Shown in pieces: positions 9,184-20,667 of a stretch of DNA of 56,562 nucleotides. The translations under genes were made by a program, and so were the position numbers. The stretch lies in assembly GCA_041498155.1 (NCBI GenBank), contig JBGQHV010000003.1, forward strand, positions 1-56,562, read 5' to 3'. Under the pieces are notes generated by a model. It ran no database searches. It worked only from the letters and a program-made list of their open reading frames with translations, and was not told where the DNA came from. Source of the DNA: Gemmatimonadota bacterium. GTDB taxonomy: Bacteria > Gemmatimonadota > Gemmatimonadetes > Gemmatimonadales > GWC2-71-9. Position 1 is the stretch's first letter. The number at the start of each line of letters is the position of its first letter.

Positions 9184-9518
9184 CCCCGCACCTCGATCAC
9201 CATGCGCAGCAGCGCCGTGGAAAACACCTTGCCTTGCGCATCCGTTTTGAGCGAGATGGTGCCGCCCCCGTCCAGCGCCCCGTGGAGCAGGAAGTTGAGC
9301 GCCCGGAGATTGGGCAGCTCGAACCGCTCCACCGGTCCGCGGATCATCCCCTTGAAGTGACGGGCCACGCGGGCCACGGTGACATACCGCTCGAGCAACG
9401 CGTAGTCGGCGGGCCGCTTCGCGATCAGGCCGACGTTCGCCGTGTCGCCTTTGTCTCCCGAGCGCGCGTGGGCGATCTCCACGAGACGCACCCGACGCAC
9501 CCGCGGCCGGCGCGTCAC
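9180..9518 (-). CDS. AtuA C-terminal-like small protein
   Basis: [42 protein letters not shown] at 9518 overlaps the atuA TGA. Confidence 0.85.
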   Translation of the reverse strand: MTRRPRVRRVRLVEIAHARSGDKGDTANVGLIAKRPADYALLERYVTVARVARHFKGMIRGPVERFELPNLRALNFLLHGALDGGGTISLKTDAQGKVFSTALLRMVIEVRG

Positions 9519-10888
9519 ACCGCGACGAGGTCGACGCATGCCTGCACCTGGGTCTTGTCGATCAGCGCCGGCCAGTAGGCCACGATCTCTTCCGGCTTCG
9601 GCCGGCCGCCGGCGAACCCCGTCACGCTGGGCGGCCCATTCAGAATCAGCGGAGCGATTTCGCGGGTGAACCGCTCCACCGGCGCCCGCTCCGCGGCCCG
9701 TACGCCGATCCGCAGCTGAACCTCGGGAACGTCCGCCGTCTTGATCTCCCGAGCCGCCAGGGGGCCATGGGTCGCGTCCACACCGACGAACTCGGTGAGA
9801 ATCGTCTCGAATGTGAGCCCGAGATCGTCGAGGCGCTGCCGGAGAATGCGATCCGCCGCCTTGGCCTTCTTCAGAGCATCGGGCCAGGCGTACACCAAGG
9901 TGCCCACCGCTTTGTAGCCGTAGAAGTAGGCCGCCGACACCTTGAGCGAATCCGTGGCGGGCCGGCCCCGAATGCCGGACATCCGCACCCGGTCCTTTCC
10001 CGCCTGTCGCAGCCGGATCGTGGTGAAGTCGGCGATCCCATCGGGTGTGATGTAGCTCCGCGGATCACCCATCTCATAGACCAGCTGCTCCGTCACGCCG
10101 GCGACGGTGATCCGCCCGCCGGTGCCCGGATGCTTGGTGATATCCACCGTCCCGTCGGCATAGCCCTCGGCGATGGGGTAGCCCACATTCGCCAGATCGG
10201 GAATGCGCTCCCAATCGACCAGGCAATTGCCGCCGGAGCATTGCGCGCCGCATTCGATGGTGTGCCCGGCGACCGTGCCGGCCGCCACGCGGTCCCACGC
10301 GTCCGGCGCCCAGCCGAAGGCGTGCATCATGGGCCCCAGCGTGAGTCCCGTGTCGGTGACGCGGCCCGTGATCACGATGTCGGCGCCGCGCCGCAGTGCC
10401 TCCACGACGGGGCCCGCGCCGAGGTAGGCGTTGACCGATTGCAGCCGGTCGCGGACGTCGCGCAAGGGACGGCCGGTGTCGAGGTTCTTGAGCTCGTGTC
10501 CCGCGGACAGCAGCGCGTCCACCCGGCCGAGGAGATCATCCCCGCTCACGACGCCGATGGTGAGCCGGCCGGCGAGGCCGAGCCGCCGAGCCACGTCCGC
10601 GACGGCCGTGGCGCAGGCGTGCGGGTTCACCCCTCCAGCGTTCGTCGTCACGCGCACCTTCCGCGCCGCGAGCTCCGGCAGGAGCCGCTCCATCAACGGG
10701 ACGAAATCCTTCGCATACCCGAGCGACGGATCGCGCGACTTCTGCTTCTGCATGATGGACATCGTGACTTCGGCCAGGTAGTCCATCATCAGGTAATCGA
10801 CGGGTCCCCCCGTGAGCTGCCGCCACGGCGCTTCGAGCCAGTCGCCCCAGAACCCCTGCCCGCCCGCGATGCGGACCGACTGCGTCAT
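9515..10888 (-). CDS. Acyclic terpene utilization AtuA family (DUF1446)
   Basis: [58 protein letters not shown]. Confidence 0.9.
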   Translation of the reverse strand: MTQSVRIAGGQGFWGDWLEAPWRQLTGGPVDYLMMDYLAEVTMSIMQKQKSRDPSLGYAKDFVPLMERLLPELAARKVRVTTNAGGVNPHACATAVADVARRLGLAGRLTIGVVSGDDLLGRVDALLSAGHELKNLDTGRPLRDVRDRLQSVNAYLGAGPVVEALRRGADIVITGRVTDTGLTLGPMMHAFGWAPDAWDRVAAGTVAGHTIECGAQCSGGNCLVDWERIPDLANVGYPIAEGYADGTVDITKHPGTGGRITVAGVTEQLVYEMGDPRSYITPDGIADFTTIRLRQAGKDRVRMSGIRGRPATDSLKVSAAYFYGYKAVGTLVYAWPDALKKAKAADRILRQRLDDLGLTFETILTEFVGVDATHGPLAAREIKTADVPEVQLRIGVRAAERAPVERFTREIAPLILNGPPSVTGFAGGRPKPEEIVAYWPALIDKTQVQACVDLVAV

Positions 10889-13713
10889 GGCGCCACCGGC
10901 GCGAACGTCACGACCGCCGCCCCATCACCCACCGCCGGTGTGAGTCGCCAGGCGATCAATGACGCGAACCCCTCGGGCAGGTCGACCGGCGGGGCGATCA
11001 CATCCGGCAGGATGGCACGGGCCCCCGCCACCACATCCAGCAGGTGCGAGGGTCCGATCTGCTCGAGCGAATCGACGAAGAAGCGCACGCGCACCGTCGC
11101 CCGCCAGGGCGGGGCCGTGTCCGACCGCGCGAACGCGGGGAACAGCTCGACCACCACCGGCCGCCCCACGAGCGCCCGCGGCACGTCGAAGGTCTGCAGG
11201 CCGCGCCCGTAGTTGAGGGCCGCCGAGTGAACCTGCTGGCCGGTCGAATCGAACACCGTCACGCCGAAATCGGTGAGCTGCTCCCACTGTGCCTGGGGCA
11301 TGGACACCTGGATGCTCGCGCGCGCGGTCCAGGCGGGGATTGTCACGGTAAGGGTTTCGGCCGGCGCGCCGCGGCCCGACACCGCCCAGCGTCGCTCCGC
11401 TCCTGCCCACGCCGCCGCCGCCGTCACGCTCGCTGAGGCAGGTCCGGGATTCGACGCCTCCAGCTTGCCGTCCTCGCGCGATGTCAGCGCCACCGCCGCC
11501 AGCTGCGCCCGCACCGACACCGTGGTCCGATTGATCCCCGGGTTGAACACGTCCAGCTCGTACACCCCCGCCGGCATGTCCTCCGCCGGGACCTCGATCG
11601 TGACCGAGGGCGCTTTGCCGTAGCCCAGCGCCACCAGGCTGTCGGGATCCCCGGACACCGGATGGCCGCTCGGGTCGTACACCTGGATCAGCGCACCATC
11701 GTTGGGTTCGGCGACCGACGCCGTGATCCGGAGCGATGCCCCCGCCACCGGAGCGCGGAGGAAATACCGCTGCACGCGCCCGGGGGCGATCACGCGTCCC
11801 GTGTCCACCAGCGACCGCGCAGCGAGATCCTGCGGCACGACCACCGTGCTGGTAATCGCGAACAACGCACCCGCAAGACTGTCGGTCGGGGAGCGCGCCG
11901 TGACGGTGGCGACGTACAGGCCCTGCGCCTTCATGAGGTCGGCCCGATAGCGAACCGGAATCATGGTGGCGCGCGGTTGCGACGTCACCACCGGAGGGAC
12001 GGTGAGCCACGGGGCATCGCTCGTCAACAGGAACTGCGCGGCGCGCAACCCATCGGCGTGGCTCACGGTGAATGTCTGCAGCGTGTCGCCCGGTCCGGTG
12101 AACCCGCCGCGGCGCAGCGCCGCCGGCGTCCCGTCCGCGGTCCGGACGACGTAACGCGAGCCCTGGTGGCCCGCGAACAGCCAGCGATAGGCGCTCTCGA
12201 TCCTCGGAACACCGTAGCCCTGATCGAGATCGGTCAGTCCGCCGAGCGGCACGGCCGTCGACCGGGTGGCCTGCAGGATGTCGGCGGCGGACACGGGGCG
12301 GTGCTCCTGAACCATCGCCGACATCAGGCAGGCCGCGAACCCGGCCATCTGCGGAGCCGCCATGCTGGTGCCCGACTTGATCTCGTCTCCAGTGTTCCAG
12401 CGGGGCACGGTGGAGAACGCCTGTCCGGGCGCCAACACGTCGGGCTTGGCCGTCGCTCCGCCGCGCGAGCTCCACCACCCCATCCGGTCCGGAGGCGGGA
12501 CGCTGGCCTGCGGGGGCCGGGTGAAGGCGCCCGGCTCCAGCGCACCGACCGAGAGCGCGAGGTCCGCCGATCCCGGGAACTCCACCGTGGAGATGCCGGG
12601 ACCGTCGTTGCCGGCGCTGATAGCCATGACGACGTTCGGGTGGAGCAGCAGAAAGGCGTTGATCAGCGAATCGATCGCCGCCCGTCCCGCCCGCTCGTTG
12701 CCCACGTCGAAGCTCAGGTTCAACACCAGCGGGAGGTTACGCTCGGCGGCAAACCGGGCGGCGTAGTCCATGGCGCGGCGCATACTCCCCGTCGTGGAGA
12801 TCGCCCCGCGCGCGTCGTTGGCGATCTTGAGCCCCAACAGCTGCGCGCCCGGCGCGACGCCGTCGAAACCGGCGACCCCGAACATCCAGTGTCCCGCGGC
12901 GATGCCGGCGACGTGCGTGCCGTGACCGTACGTATCGAAGTACAGATCGAGGTCCGGCACGCCACCCGAGTCGGCGAAATTCGCCGCCAGGGTCAACGGC
13001 TGCCGGCCGAGCGCGATGGTCTCCCGCCCCTGCCGATAGTCGTGCAGGGGCTGCTCGTCCTCGAACGAGCCGTTCAGGTTCGAGTCGAAGAACACCACCC
13101 AGCCGTCGCTGGCCTTCACGACGACCACCGGAAAGGCATCGGTATTGGTGCCGTTGCCGTTGACGTCGGACGCCGGCAGCGGACCGAGGGGCAGCTCCTT
13201 GAACACGCCGGTATACCAGCTCGTCCCGACGGCGAGGCGGCCGACCCGCGCGGCACCCCGCAGCGTCCGCCCGGCGATGACCAGGGTCCCATCGGTCCCG
13301 GGGGTCACCGGCTGGAGCGCGACGTGGCCCTCGCCGGAGAAATCGCGCAGATCCAACACCTTGGGCGCGCCCGTGGACGTGACGATGAGTCCGGCGACAC
13401 CGGGATCGATTCCGGAATCCAGGATGCCGATCAGAATGCCGCGGCCGTCGTAGGTCTGATGGGCGGCGCGGAACGCCTCGATGCCGGTGCTCTTCAGCGG
13501 CATGAGACCGGCCTGCAGCGCGAGGTGCGGCGGCACCGTGGGATCCGCCAGGCGGGGCGGCGCCACCGGCGTCGCATCGGGCGTGGCGGCGGGCGGCGCG
13601 GGAGCAGTCCCTGTGGCGTGGGTCGCTGTCGCCGGTGCCGGTGGCGGCGCCGCAGCATGCCCGCCGCACGCGGCGGCCAGCACGAGCACCAGGGACCTGC
13701 GCGGTGACGTCAT
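10885..13713 (-). CDS. S8 serine peptidase, tripeptidyl-peptidase II-like, predicted lipoprotein
   Basis: Catalytic triad motifs ILDSGID, HGTHVAG and SGTSMA; SAGNDGP; lipobox-like LAAAC. ATG at 13713 overlaps the upstream TGA. Confidence 0.9.
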   Translation of the reverse strand: MTSPRRSLVLVLAAACGGHAAAPPPAPATATHATGTAPAPPAATPDATPVAPPRLADPTVPPHLALQAGLMPLKSTGIEAFRAAHQTYDGRGILIGILDSGIDPGVAGLIVTSTGAPKVLDLRDFSGEGHVALQPVTPGTDGTLVIAGRTLRGAARVGRLAVGTSWYTGVFKELPLGPLPASDVNGNGTNTDAFPVVVVKASDGWVVFFDSNLNGSFEDEQPLHDYRQGRETIALGRQPLTLAANFADSGGVPDLDLYFDTYGHGTHVAGIAAGHWMFGVAGFDGVAPGAQLLGLKIANDARGAISTTGSMRRAMDYAARFAAERNLPLVLNLSFDVGNERAGRAAIDSLINAFLLLHPNVVMAISAGNDGPGISTVEFPGSADLALSVGALEPGAFTRPPQASVPPPDRMGWWSSRGGATAKPDVLAPGQAFSTVPRWNTGDEIKSGTSMAAPQMAGFAACLMSAMVQEHRPVSAADILQATRSTAVPLGGLTDLDQGYGVPRIESAYRWLFAGHQGSRYVVRTADGTPAALRRGGFTGPGDTLQTFTVSHADGLRAAQFLLTSDAPWLTVPPVVTSQPRATMIPVRYRADLMKAQGLYVATVTARSPTDSLAGALFAITSTVVVPQDLAARSLVDTGRVIAPGRVQRYFLRAPVAGASLRITASVAEPNDGALIQVYDPSGHPVSGDPDSLVALGYGKAPSVTIEVPAEDMPAGVYELDVFNPGINRTTVSVRAQLAAVALTSREDGKLEASNPGPASASVTAAAAWAGAERRWAVSGRGAPAETLTVTIPAWTARASIQVSMPQAQWEQLTDFGVTVFDSTGQQVHSAALNYGRGLQTFDVPRALVGRPVVVELFPAFARSDTAPPWRATVRVRFFVDSLEQIGPSHLLDVVAGARAILPDVIAPPVDLPEGFASLIAWRLTPAVGDGAAVVTFAPVAP

Positions 13714-15278
13714 GAGGTGGGTGCGAGGACGAACGCCCCGAGGTGCGGGCCGGGGAATTCGGCGGCGACCTCGAGCAGGAACGCGAGGGTGTCGCGGGTG
13801 TCCTCGGGCAGCACGACAGCGTCGACATGGCCGCGCGCGCCGGCGTGGCGGGCGTCGAGCTGGTGCTCGTAGTCGCCCCGCATCGCGTCCACCGCAGCCG
13901 CGTTTTCCGGGCGGGCGACGTCGTTGCCGAACACCGCCTGCACCGCGGACTCCCCTTCCATCACGCCCATGCGCCCCGTCGGCCACGACAAGATGAAATC
14001 CGGATCGAACCCCTGTCCGGCCATCGCATAGTATCCGGCGCCGGAAGCGTGATTCGCGGTGAGGACTAGCTTGGGGACGGTGGCCGTGGCCATCGCCTCG
14101 ACGAAGCGGGCGCCCGCGCGAATGATCCCCGACTGCTCGGCCTCGGTGCCGACCATGAACCCCGAGACATCCTGGAGGAAGACCAGCGGCACCCGCTCCC
14201 GGTCGGCGTTCTCGATGAAGTAGGCCACCTTCTCGGCGCTCTCGGTGTAGACGATCCCGCCGATGCGGGGCGGCTGGCCCTGCTTGCCTTTGATCACGCC
14301 GCGCGCGTTGGCGATGATCGCGACCGTCCGCCCCGCGATACGCGCATGGCCACACAGCATCTCATGGCCGACGTCGGGCTGGAACTCGTCGAACCGCCCG
14401 GCGTCGATCAAACAATCGAGCACGGCCCGGACGTCATAGCTCATGCGGTGATCGGGCGGCAGCAGCTCGTACAGATCGGTAGCCGCGCGCTTGGGAGCAA
14501 CCGCGCCCGGAGCCGGGTGTGGCGTATGCGGCAGCCGGCCGACGTAGTCACGCATCATCTCGAGACAGAGGGCGTCGGTCTTGGCGCGATAGTGTGCGAC
14601 CGCGCTGACCGCGGTGTGGGTCATCGCGCCGCCCAGGGTCTCCGCGTCCACCGTCTGCCCCGTCGCGCCCTTCACCAGATTCGGTCCGCCCAGCCCCATG
14701 AACGACGTGCCTTCGACCATGAAGATCACGTCCGAGAGGGCCGGCAGGTACGCGCCGCCGGCGATACACGGGCCCATCACGGCGGCGATCTGCGGCACCC
14801 GCAGGTAGCGACGCATGATGGAGTTGTAGTAGAAGATCCGGGCGGCGCCGTACTGGCCCGGAAACACGCCGCCCTGATAAGGAAGATTCACGCCCGCCGA
14901 ATCCACGAGGTAGACGATCGGGATCCGCTGCCGCATCGCGATCTCCTGCGCCCGCAGGATCTTCTTGATTGTCTCCGGCCACCACGATCCAGCTTTCACC
15001 GTCGCATCGTTGGCGACCACGACGACCGGCCGCCCCAGGATACGGCCGAGCCCTGTGACGACGCCCGCCGCGGGGGCCTGTCCGTCGTACTGATCCGACG
15101 CCACGAGCAGACCGATCTCGACCCACGGACCGCCCCGGTCGAGGAGCCCCGTGATCCGCTCGCGCGCCGTGAGCTTCCCCTGGTCGTGCTGGCGCCGGAT
15201 CTTCTCGGCCCCACCGCCCTGCTCCAGGCGCTTGGCGAGCTCTCGATATTCCGCGGACAGCGTTCGGAGACGACTCAT
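13710..15278 (-). CDS. Acyl-CoA carboxylase carboxyltransferase subunit (MCC beta-like)
   Basis: [59 protein letters not shown] at 15278 overlaps the upstream TGA. Confidence 0.92.
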   Translation of the reverse strand: MSRLRTLSAEYRELAKRLEQGGGAEKIRRQHDQGKLTARERITGLLDRGGPWVEIGLLVASDQYDGQAPAAGVVTGLGRILGRPVVVVANDATVKAGSWWPETIKKILRAQEIAMRQRIPIVYLVDSAGVNLPYQGGVFPGQYGAARIFYYNSIMRRYLRVPQIAAVMGPCIAGGAYLPALSDVIFMVEGTSFMGLGGPNLVKGATGQTVDAETLGGAMTHTAVSAVAHYRAKTDALCLEMMRDYVGRLPHTPHPAPGAVAPKRAATDLYELLPPDHRMSYDVRAVLDCLIDAGRFDEFQPDVGHEMLCGHARIAGRTVAIIANARGVIKGKQGQPPRIGGIVYTESAEKVAYFIENADRERVPLVFLQDVSGFMVGTEAEQSGIIRAGARFVEAMATATVPKLVLTANHASGAGYYAMAGQGFDPDFILSWPTGRMGVMEGESAVQAVFGNDVARPENAAAVDAMRGDYEHQLDARHAGARGHVDAVVLPEDTRDTLAFLLEVAAEFPGPHLGAFVLAPTS

Positions 15279-15703
15279 CGAGGCTGTTGGGCGGCCCATT
15301 CCTGGATGTACTTGATCAGGTCGCCCGTCGGGGTGCCCGGTCCGAACAGCTTCCCCACCCCTTGCCGCTCGAGCTCGGTCATGTCTTCGGGAGGAATGAT
15401 GCCCCCGCCGGTGAGCAGCACGTCGTCGCGGCCCGCCTGGTGCAGCAGTGAGCGCACGCGCGGGAAGAGCGTCATGTGCGCGCCGGAGAGTATGGACAGC
15501 CCGACGACGTCTACATCCTCCTGGATCGCCGCCTGGGCGATCATTTCGGGGGTCTGGTGCAGACCGGTGTAGATCACCTCCATGCCGGCGTCGCGCAGCG
15601 CCGCCGCCACGACCTTGGCCCCGCGGTCGTGGCCATCCAGGCCGGGCTTGGCCACGAGCACCCGGATCGGGCGCTGCGTGCGCCCCGTGGTGGCTGGGGT
15701 CAT
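15275..15703 (-). CDS. Cobalamin-binding small subunit of an acyl-CoA mutase
   Basis: [13 protein letters not shown] (DxHxxG), SILSGAH, GGGIIP, FGPGT. Confidence 0.95.
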   Translation of the reverse strand: MTPATTGRTQRPIRVLVAKPGLDGHDRGAKVVAAALRDAGMEVIYTGLHQTPEMIAQAAIQEDVDVVGLSILSGAHMTLFPRVRSLLHQAGRDDVLLTGGGIIPPEDMTELERQGVGKLFGPGTPTGDLIKYIQEWAAQQPR

Positions 15704-16812
15704 CCCCGTCGGAACCGCAGCAGCGCCGCGAGCCCGTCCACCGCGCGCCGCGTCCGGTCGTCGACCAGCACGTCGACTTGTGCGCGCTGCGCCAGCGCCT
15801 CCTCCACGGCGTCGTCGAGCCGGACGTCTTCGTCACGGCCGTCCACCAGCAGCGTGCGCACCTGGCCGCGCTCCAGCGCCTTCCGCGTCGGCTCGATCCC
15901 GTTCACGGCCCACCCCGTGCCCAGGCCGTCTTTCACGGCATCGGCGTGCGCCCGCTCCCAAGCGCGCTCGCGCTCATCGCGCAACGCCAGTGCGGCTTCG
16001 CGAACCTCCGCCGGCGTGAGGGTCTTGGGATTGAGCCGCACGACCCCGAACAGCAGGTCGTGGAGGTAGGTGTGCAGGTGCGGGACCAGGGCCGCCGCGT
16101 CGACACCGACGCCCGCCACGACCAGACCGGCGAGCGGCGTCTGGGTGTTGATGCGAAAGATCTCCTCGGCGACCCGGGCGTAGTGGCGGTGCTTCTCCTC
16201 GCGGATACGCCCGTGATGCCCGTGCTCGCCAGCGGAGGCGAGCACCCCGCCGCGCATCACCTGCCGCTCGCCGTGGAACTTCTCGGTGCGCGACGCGGGA
16301 GAGGTGATCCCCGGGAGCTCCGTGATGCCGAACGCGCCCACCGAGAAGAACCGGGCGCCCGTGCGGTCGCACGCGGCGACGAGGATCGTGCCGAACTCCT
16401 GCTCGAGCGCCACCAGCTCCCGCATCGCCGGCGTGTCGGCGACCACGAGGCGCGAGCGGTGGACCTGTGGGAGCGCGATGACCTCGAACAGACCCAGGGG
16501 ACCGCACGCGAAAAGCGCGACACCTCGGGCCTGCGGCAGGCGGCCGGGATCCTCGAGATACCGGAGCACGCGACCCAGGTCCGCCGCCACGGCTTCGCGC
16601 TCCTCCCGCGGCAGGGAACGCCGGGCCAGACCGGCAACGGTCTCTTTCACGCGGTTCTTCATCTTAATGAGGTACTTGCCGCGGGTCTTGTCGCGCGGCT
16701 CGAGCTTCAGATAGCACGAGACGACGAGGTGGCCGCCCGGCGCGATCGCGCCGAGACGTTCCAGGACTTCGTGCACCGTCCCCGATCCCGGGCCGACCGG
16801 CAGCGCCGCCAT
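15700..16812 (-). CDS. Bacterial archaeo-eukaryotic release factor (aeRF1/Pelota-like, baeRF) family protein
   Basis: VVSCYL N-terminal domain, [15 protein letters not shown] middle domain, [19 protein letters not shown] and GLAALLRF eRF1 domain-3 signatures. TGATG coupling to the mutase gene. Confidence 0.8.
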   Translation of the reverse strand: MAALPVGPGSGTVHEVLERLGAIAPGGHLVVSCYLKLEPRDKTRGKYLIKMKNRVKETVAGLARRSLPREEREAVAADLGRVLRYLEDPGRLPQARGVALFACGPLGLFEVIALPQVHRSRLVVADTPAMRELVALEQEFGTILVAACDRTGARFFSVGAFGITELPGITSPASRTEKFHGERQVMRGGVLASAGEHGHHGRIREEKHRHYARVAEEIFRINTQTPLAGLVVAGVGVDAAALVPHLHTYLHDLLFGVVRLNPKTLTPAEVREAALALRDERERAWERAHADAVKDGLGTGWAVNGIEPTRKALERGQVRTLLVDGRDEDVRLDDAVEEALAQRAQVDVLVDDRTRRAVDGLAALLRFRRG

Positions 16813-18374
16813 CAGAAGAACACCGGCTCCCGGTAGGCGCCGTAGACGCGCTCCAGTGCGTGGCGGATCTCGTAGAGGGTGCAGTAGGCGCGGGCGCAAT
16901 CGAGCATTGGACCGATCACGTTCTGGTCCGCCTCGGCGGCCTGACGCAGCGCTTCCAGCCGCCGGTCGACCAGGGCCTGATCCCGCCGGGCGCGGAGGGC
17001 CGCCACGCGCTGGCGTTGCGAGTCCTCGGCGTCGTTGGTGACCCGGAGCACTTCCACCGGATGATCGTCTTCCGAGATGAACTCGTTCACGCCGACGATG
17101 ACCCGTTGCTGCTCCTCCACCTGCCGCTGGAACTCCGCCGCCGACCGGGCGATCTGCCGCTGGAACCAGCCGCTCTCGATGCCCCGGACCACGCCGCCGA
17201 TCGACTGGATCTCGGCGAACAACGCCTCCGCTTCACGCTCCAGTTGATCGGTGAGCGCTTCGAGATAGTAGGAGCCTCCCAGCGGATCGATCACCTCGGG
17301 GATGCCCGTCTCGTGCGCGAGGATCTGCTGGGTCCGCAGGGCGACCTGTACCGCCTGTTCGGTCGGCAGGGCGAGCGTTTCGTCCAGCGAATTGGTGTGC
17401 AGCGACTGGGTGCCACCGAGCACCGCGGCGAGCGCCTGATAGGCGACGCGCACGATGTTGTTCATCGGCTGCTGCGCCGTGAGCGTCACCCCGGCGGTCT
17501 GGGAGTGGAATCGGAGCATCCAGGACCGCGGGTTCTTGGCGCCGTAGCGCTCACGCAAGTGGCGCGCCCAGATGCGCCGGGCGGCGCGCAGCTTCGCGAT
17601 CTCCTCGAAGAAGTCGTTGTGGATGTCCCAGAAGAACGACAGGCGGTGGGCGAAGTCGTCCACGTCCAACCCCCGCGCCACCCCGCGCTCGACATAGGTG
17701 AACCCGTTGGCCAGCGTGAACGCCAGCTCCTGGGCCGCGGTCGCGCCCGCCTCGCGGATGTGGTAGCCGGAGATCGAGATCGTGTTCCACAGCGGCGTGT
17801 GCTCGGCGCACCACTCGAACATGTCGACGATGATCTTCAGCGCCGGCTCCGCGGGGTACACCCACGCGTGCTGCGCCATGTATTCCTTGAGGATGTCGTT
17901 CTGGACGGTGCCGCGCAGCTTCGCGATCGGCACGCCCTGCCGCTCGGCAGCGGCGACGTAAAAGCAGAACAGGATCGCCGCCGGCCCATTGATCGTCATC
18001 GACGTGGACACCTGATCGAGCGGGATGCCGGCGAACAGCGTCTCCATATCGGCCAAGCTCGAGATCGCGACCCCGCACCTCCCCACCTCCCCCTCGGAGC
18101 GCTGGTGATCGGAGTCGTATCCCATCAGGGTGGGAAAGTCGAACGCCACGGACAATCCCGTCTGCCCGCGCTCGAGCAGGAACTTGTAGCGTCGGTTGGT
18201 GTCCTCCGCCGTGCCGAACCCGGCGAACTGGCGCATCGTCCACAGCCGGCCCCGGTACATCGTCGGATGAATGCCGCGCGTGAACGGGTACGCGCCGGGT
18301 GTGCCCAGCTGCGCTTCCGGACTCCACCCGTCCAGGTCCTGCGGCGAGTACAGCGGCTTCCGCTCGATGCTCAT
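16812..18374 (-). CDS. B12-dependent acyl-CoA mutase large subunit (isobutyryl-CoA mutase-like)
   Basis: [59 protein letters not shown] at 18374. Confidence 0.93.
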   Translation of the reverse strand: MSIERKPLYSPQDLDGWSPEAQLGTPGAYPFTRGIHPTMYRGRLWTMRQFAGFGTAEDTNRRYKFLLERGQTGLSVAFDFPTLMGYDSDHQRSEGEVGRCGVAISSLADMETLFAGIPLDQVSTSMTINGPAAILFCFYVAAAERQGVPIAKLRGTVQNDILKEYMAQHAWVYPAEPALKIIVDMFEWCAEHTPLWNTISISGYHIREAGATAAQELAFTLANGFTYVERGVARGLDVDDFAHRLSFFWDIHNDFFEEIAKLRAARRIWARHLRERYGAKNPRSWMLRFHSQTAGVTLTAQQPMNNIVRVAYQALAAVLGGTQSLHTNSLDETLALPTEQAVQVALRTQQILAHETGIPEVIDPLGGSYYLEALTDQLEREAEALFAEIQSIGGVVRGIESGWFQRQIARSAAEFQRQVEEQQRVIVGVNEFISEDDHPVEVLRVTNDAEDSQRQRVAALRARRDQALVDRRLEALRQAAEADQNVIGPMLDCARAYCTLYEIRHALERVYGAYREPVFF

Positions 18375-19468
18375 CGCCTGGCTCCAGTTCTGGCGTGATC
18401 CACGATTGCCGCGGCAACCTCGTAGGGACTCCGTTTCCCCGCCGACATGTCGTCCAGGGCGTCCACCAGCATCGCCTCGGCCGAGCCGCTGTTCCACAGC
18501 CACTGCAGCAGCGCCCGGTTCACCGCCGTCCGCGTCCGCTCGGCGAGCCGCTCCCGCCGCCGCTGGTGCAGCATGCCGCTCGACTCAAGGTACGCACGGT
18601 GCCGGTCCAGCGCCTCGACCAGCTGGACGATTCCTTCACCGCGGGCCGCGACCGTCAGCAGGACCGGCGGCTCCCACGTCGCCGGATTGGCGGATGGTCG
18701 GATGGACGGATGCAGGTCTCTCGAAGTGCCATCCGTCGATCCGCCGATCCGCCCATCCGTTTGGGGGCGGGGAGCATGGTGCGGCGCGACATGTCGAAAC
18801 GCATTGCCGCGCCGGATCCCCAGCGTGACCTCGATTTCGCGCTGCAGCGTCTCGGCGCCGGGGCGATCGGCCTTGTTGACCACAAACACATCGGCCACTT
18901 CCATCACCCCGGCTTTCAGCGTCTGAATGGCGTCCCCCGATTCCGGCACCAGCACCAGCGCCGTGGTCTCGGCCGTCCGCGCCACATCGAGCTCCGTCTG
19001 CCCCACCCCGACGGTCTCGATCAGGATGCGATCGAACCCGAATGCCGCCAGCACGTCGCATACTTCTTCGGTGGTGGTGGCGAGCCCACCCAACGAGCCG
19101 CGCGTCGCCATCGACCGAATAAAGACCCCGGGATCGAGGCTCACCGCTTCCATGCGGATCCGGTCACCGAGCAGCGCGCCGCCGCTGAACGGGCTCGTCG
19201 GATCCACGGCAACGACTGCAACCTTCAGGCCCGCAGCGCGATACTGCTGAATCAGCTGCTGCGTGAGGGTGCTCTTCCCGGCCCCAGGCGGTCCCGTGAT
19301 GCCGATGCGCCGCGCGGTGGTCCGACCAGCTCGCTCGTGCGCGTGGCCCAGCACCTGCTCGAACCCGTCCCGCTGATTCTCGACGAGACTGATGGCCCGG
19401 GCGAGCGCGGTCGTATCGCCGCGGTCGAGACCATCGAGCAACAAAGATAGGGATGCCGGGGCCATCAT
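18371..19468 (-). CDS. meaB: Mutase-associated GTPase chaperone MeaB
   Basis: [50 protein letters not shown]. Confidence 0.93.
   Translation of the reverse strand: MMAPASLSLLLDGLDRGDTTALARAISLVENQRDGFEQVLGHAHERAGRTTARRIGITGPPGAGKSTLTQQLIQQYRAAGLKVAVVAVDPTSPFSGGALLGDRIRMEAVSLDPGVFIRSMATRGSLGGLATTTEEVCDVLAAFGFDRILIETVGVGQTELDVARTAETTALVLVPESGDAIQTLKAGVMEVADVFVVNKADRPGAETLQREIEVTLGIRRGNAFRHVAPHHAPRPQTDGRIGGSTDGTSRDLHPSIRPSANPATWEPPVLLTVAARGEGIVQLVEALDRHRAYLESSGMLHQRRRERLAERTRTAVNRALLQWLWNSGSAEAMLVDALDDMSAGKRSPYEVAAAIVDHARTGARR
18683..18759. repeat. Palindromic octamer repeat array inside meaB
   Basis: Four CGGATNNN units (18683-18714), a 13 nt spacer, then four NNNATCCG units (18728-18759). 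Confidence 0.85.
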
Positions 19469-20667
19469 GCCTCACCACTATCGAGCACGATCGGCCGCAC
19501 CGGCGCCCGCCGTACGGCGACGCGCTCGACGCGCTGCGCCGACGCCGCCAGAACATCGAATTCCAATCCGCCGAGCAGGAATCGCTCACCGGTACGCGGG
19601 ATTCGCCCCAGGGCTTGGGTCAGAAGGCCGCCGACGGTTTGCGCCGCGCGGCTCACGGGTCCCGTCCCCAGCCGTTCGCTCAGCGTCGTGGCCGGTGCCG
19701 CGCCGTCCAGCTCGACGAGCGCCGGGGGACCGGCCGCCAGGATCGCCGCCGTTTCCGCGGTGGGCGGACCTTCCAGCACCTCGCTCACGAGGTCGCGCAG
19801 CAGATCTTCGAAGGTCACGAGGCCGGCCGTCCCCCCGAATTCATCGAGCACCACGGCGAGGTGGCTCTTGCCGCGCTGCATCTCCAGCATCAGGTCGGCC
19901 GCGCGGCGGGTTCCCGGCACCGAGAGGACGGGATGGACCCGCAGCGGCCCGTCGGGCGCGAGCGTGAGGAAATCGAACGCATGCGCCGCCCCTACGATCT
20001 CGTCCAGTGACCCGCGATAGACAGGATACCGGCTGTACCCCGACTGCACGAACACGTGGGCGGCCTCGGCCGCCAGCATCCCCTCGGGAAGCGCGACGAC
20101 GGCCGTCCGCGGCGTCATCAACTCGGCCACCGGCCGGTCGGAGAACGCGAGCACGCCCGAAACCACTTCCATTTCGTCCGATGCCGCGAGCACGCTCGCG
20201 TCGCCGGTCAGCACGGCGGCGAGCGTGCCGCGCGCCGAGGGGTCACGGTGCGGGATGAACGGGGCGAGGACCCGGGCCGCGCGCTCCATCCACGGCACCG
20301 CCGGGGCCACGATGCGCTCCGGCCAACGCCGGCCCACCGTGCGGGGCAGCAGGTACGCGGCCGTGACGAACGCGGGAACGATCACCAGCACGCTGACGAT
20401 GCCGAGGAAGGTCAGAGTGAAGCGCGCGAACAAGGCCGGGATCGCCGCTGCGGCCAGCAGCACACCCAGCGTCGTGAGTACGTTGGCCGTGGCGAGCACC
20501 CGTGCCGGATCGCGCAGCGCCTGCGCCGTCGCCGGCGCCCCGCGCAGCTTGTAGGACACCCAGCGCGTGAGCTCCGCCTGGCTCACGGCCGCGGCCGACA
20601 CACCGATCGCGGCCGACGTCCCGGCGAGCCCCAACCCCAGTACCAACAGCACCAGAGGCCAGATCAT
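19465..20667 (-). CDS. HlyC/CorC family (CNNM-CBS-CorC) transporter, copy 2
   Basis: N-terminal TM helices, ELMTPRT, GYSRYPVY, VLDEFGGTAGLVTFEDL, LGRIP..GE. Confidence 0.9.
   Translation of the reverse strand: MIWPLVLLVLGLGLAGTSAAIGVSAAAVSQAELTRWVSYKLRGAPATAQALRDPARVLATANVLTTLGVLLAAAAIPALFARFTLTFLGIVSVLVIVPAFVTAAYLLPRTVGRRWPERIVAPAVPWMERAARVLAPFIPHRDPSARGTLAAVLTGDASVLAASDEMEVVSGVLAFSDRPVAELMTPRTAVVALPEGMLAAEAAHVFVQSGYSRYPVYRGSLDEIVGAAHAFDFLTLAPDGPLRVHPVLSVPGTRRAADLMLEMQRGKSHLAVVLDEFGGTAGLVTFEDLLRDLVSEVLEGPPTAETAAILAAGPPALVELDGAAPATTLSERLGTGPVSRAAQTVGGLLTQALGRIPRTGERFLLGGLEFDVLAASAQRVERVAVRRAPVRPIVLDSGEA

Noticed and set aside
13710-15836. Apparent N-terminal extensions or fusions in the ORF track (carboxyltransferase, S8, PhoH, LexA, TruA, Tal, PurB, PurC)
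   Set aside because: The extensions are out-of-frame readings of neighbouring genes. The true starts sit at stop/start overlaps or SD sites.
18683-18759. Octamer array as a CRISPR array or IS end
   Set aside because: The units are 8 nt with no spacers of CRISPR length, and there is no cas or transposase gene in the window.
15275-19468. Cobalamin riboswitch upstream of the mutase genes
   Set aside because: There is no intergenic space and I recognised no B12-box.
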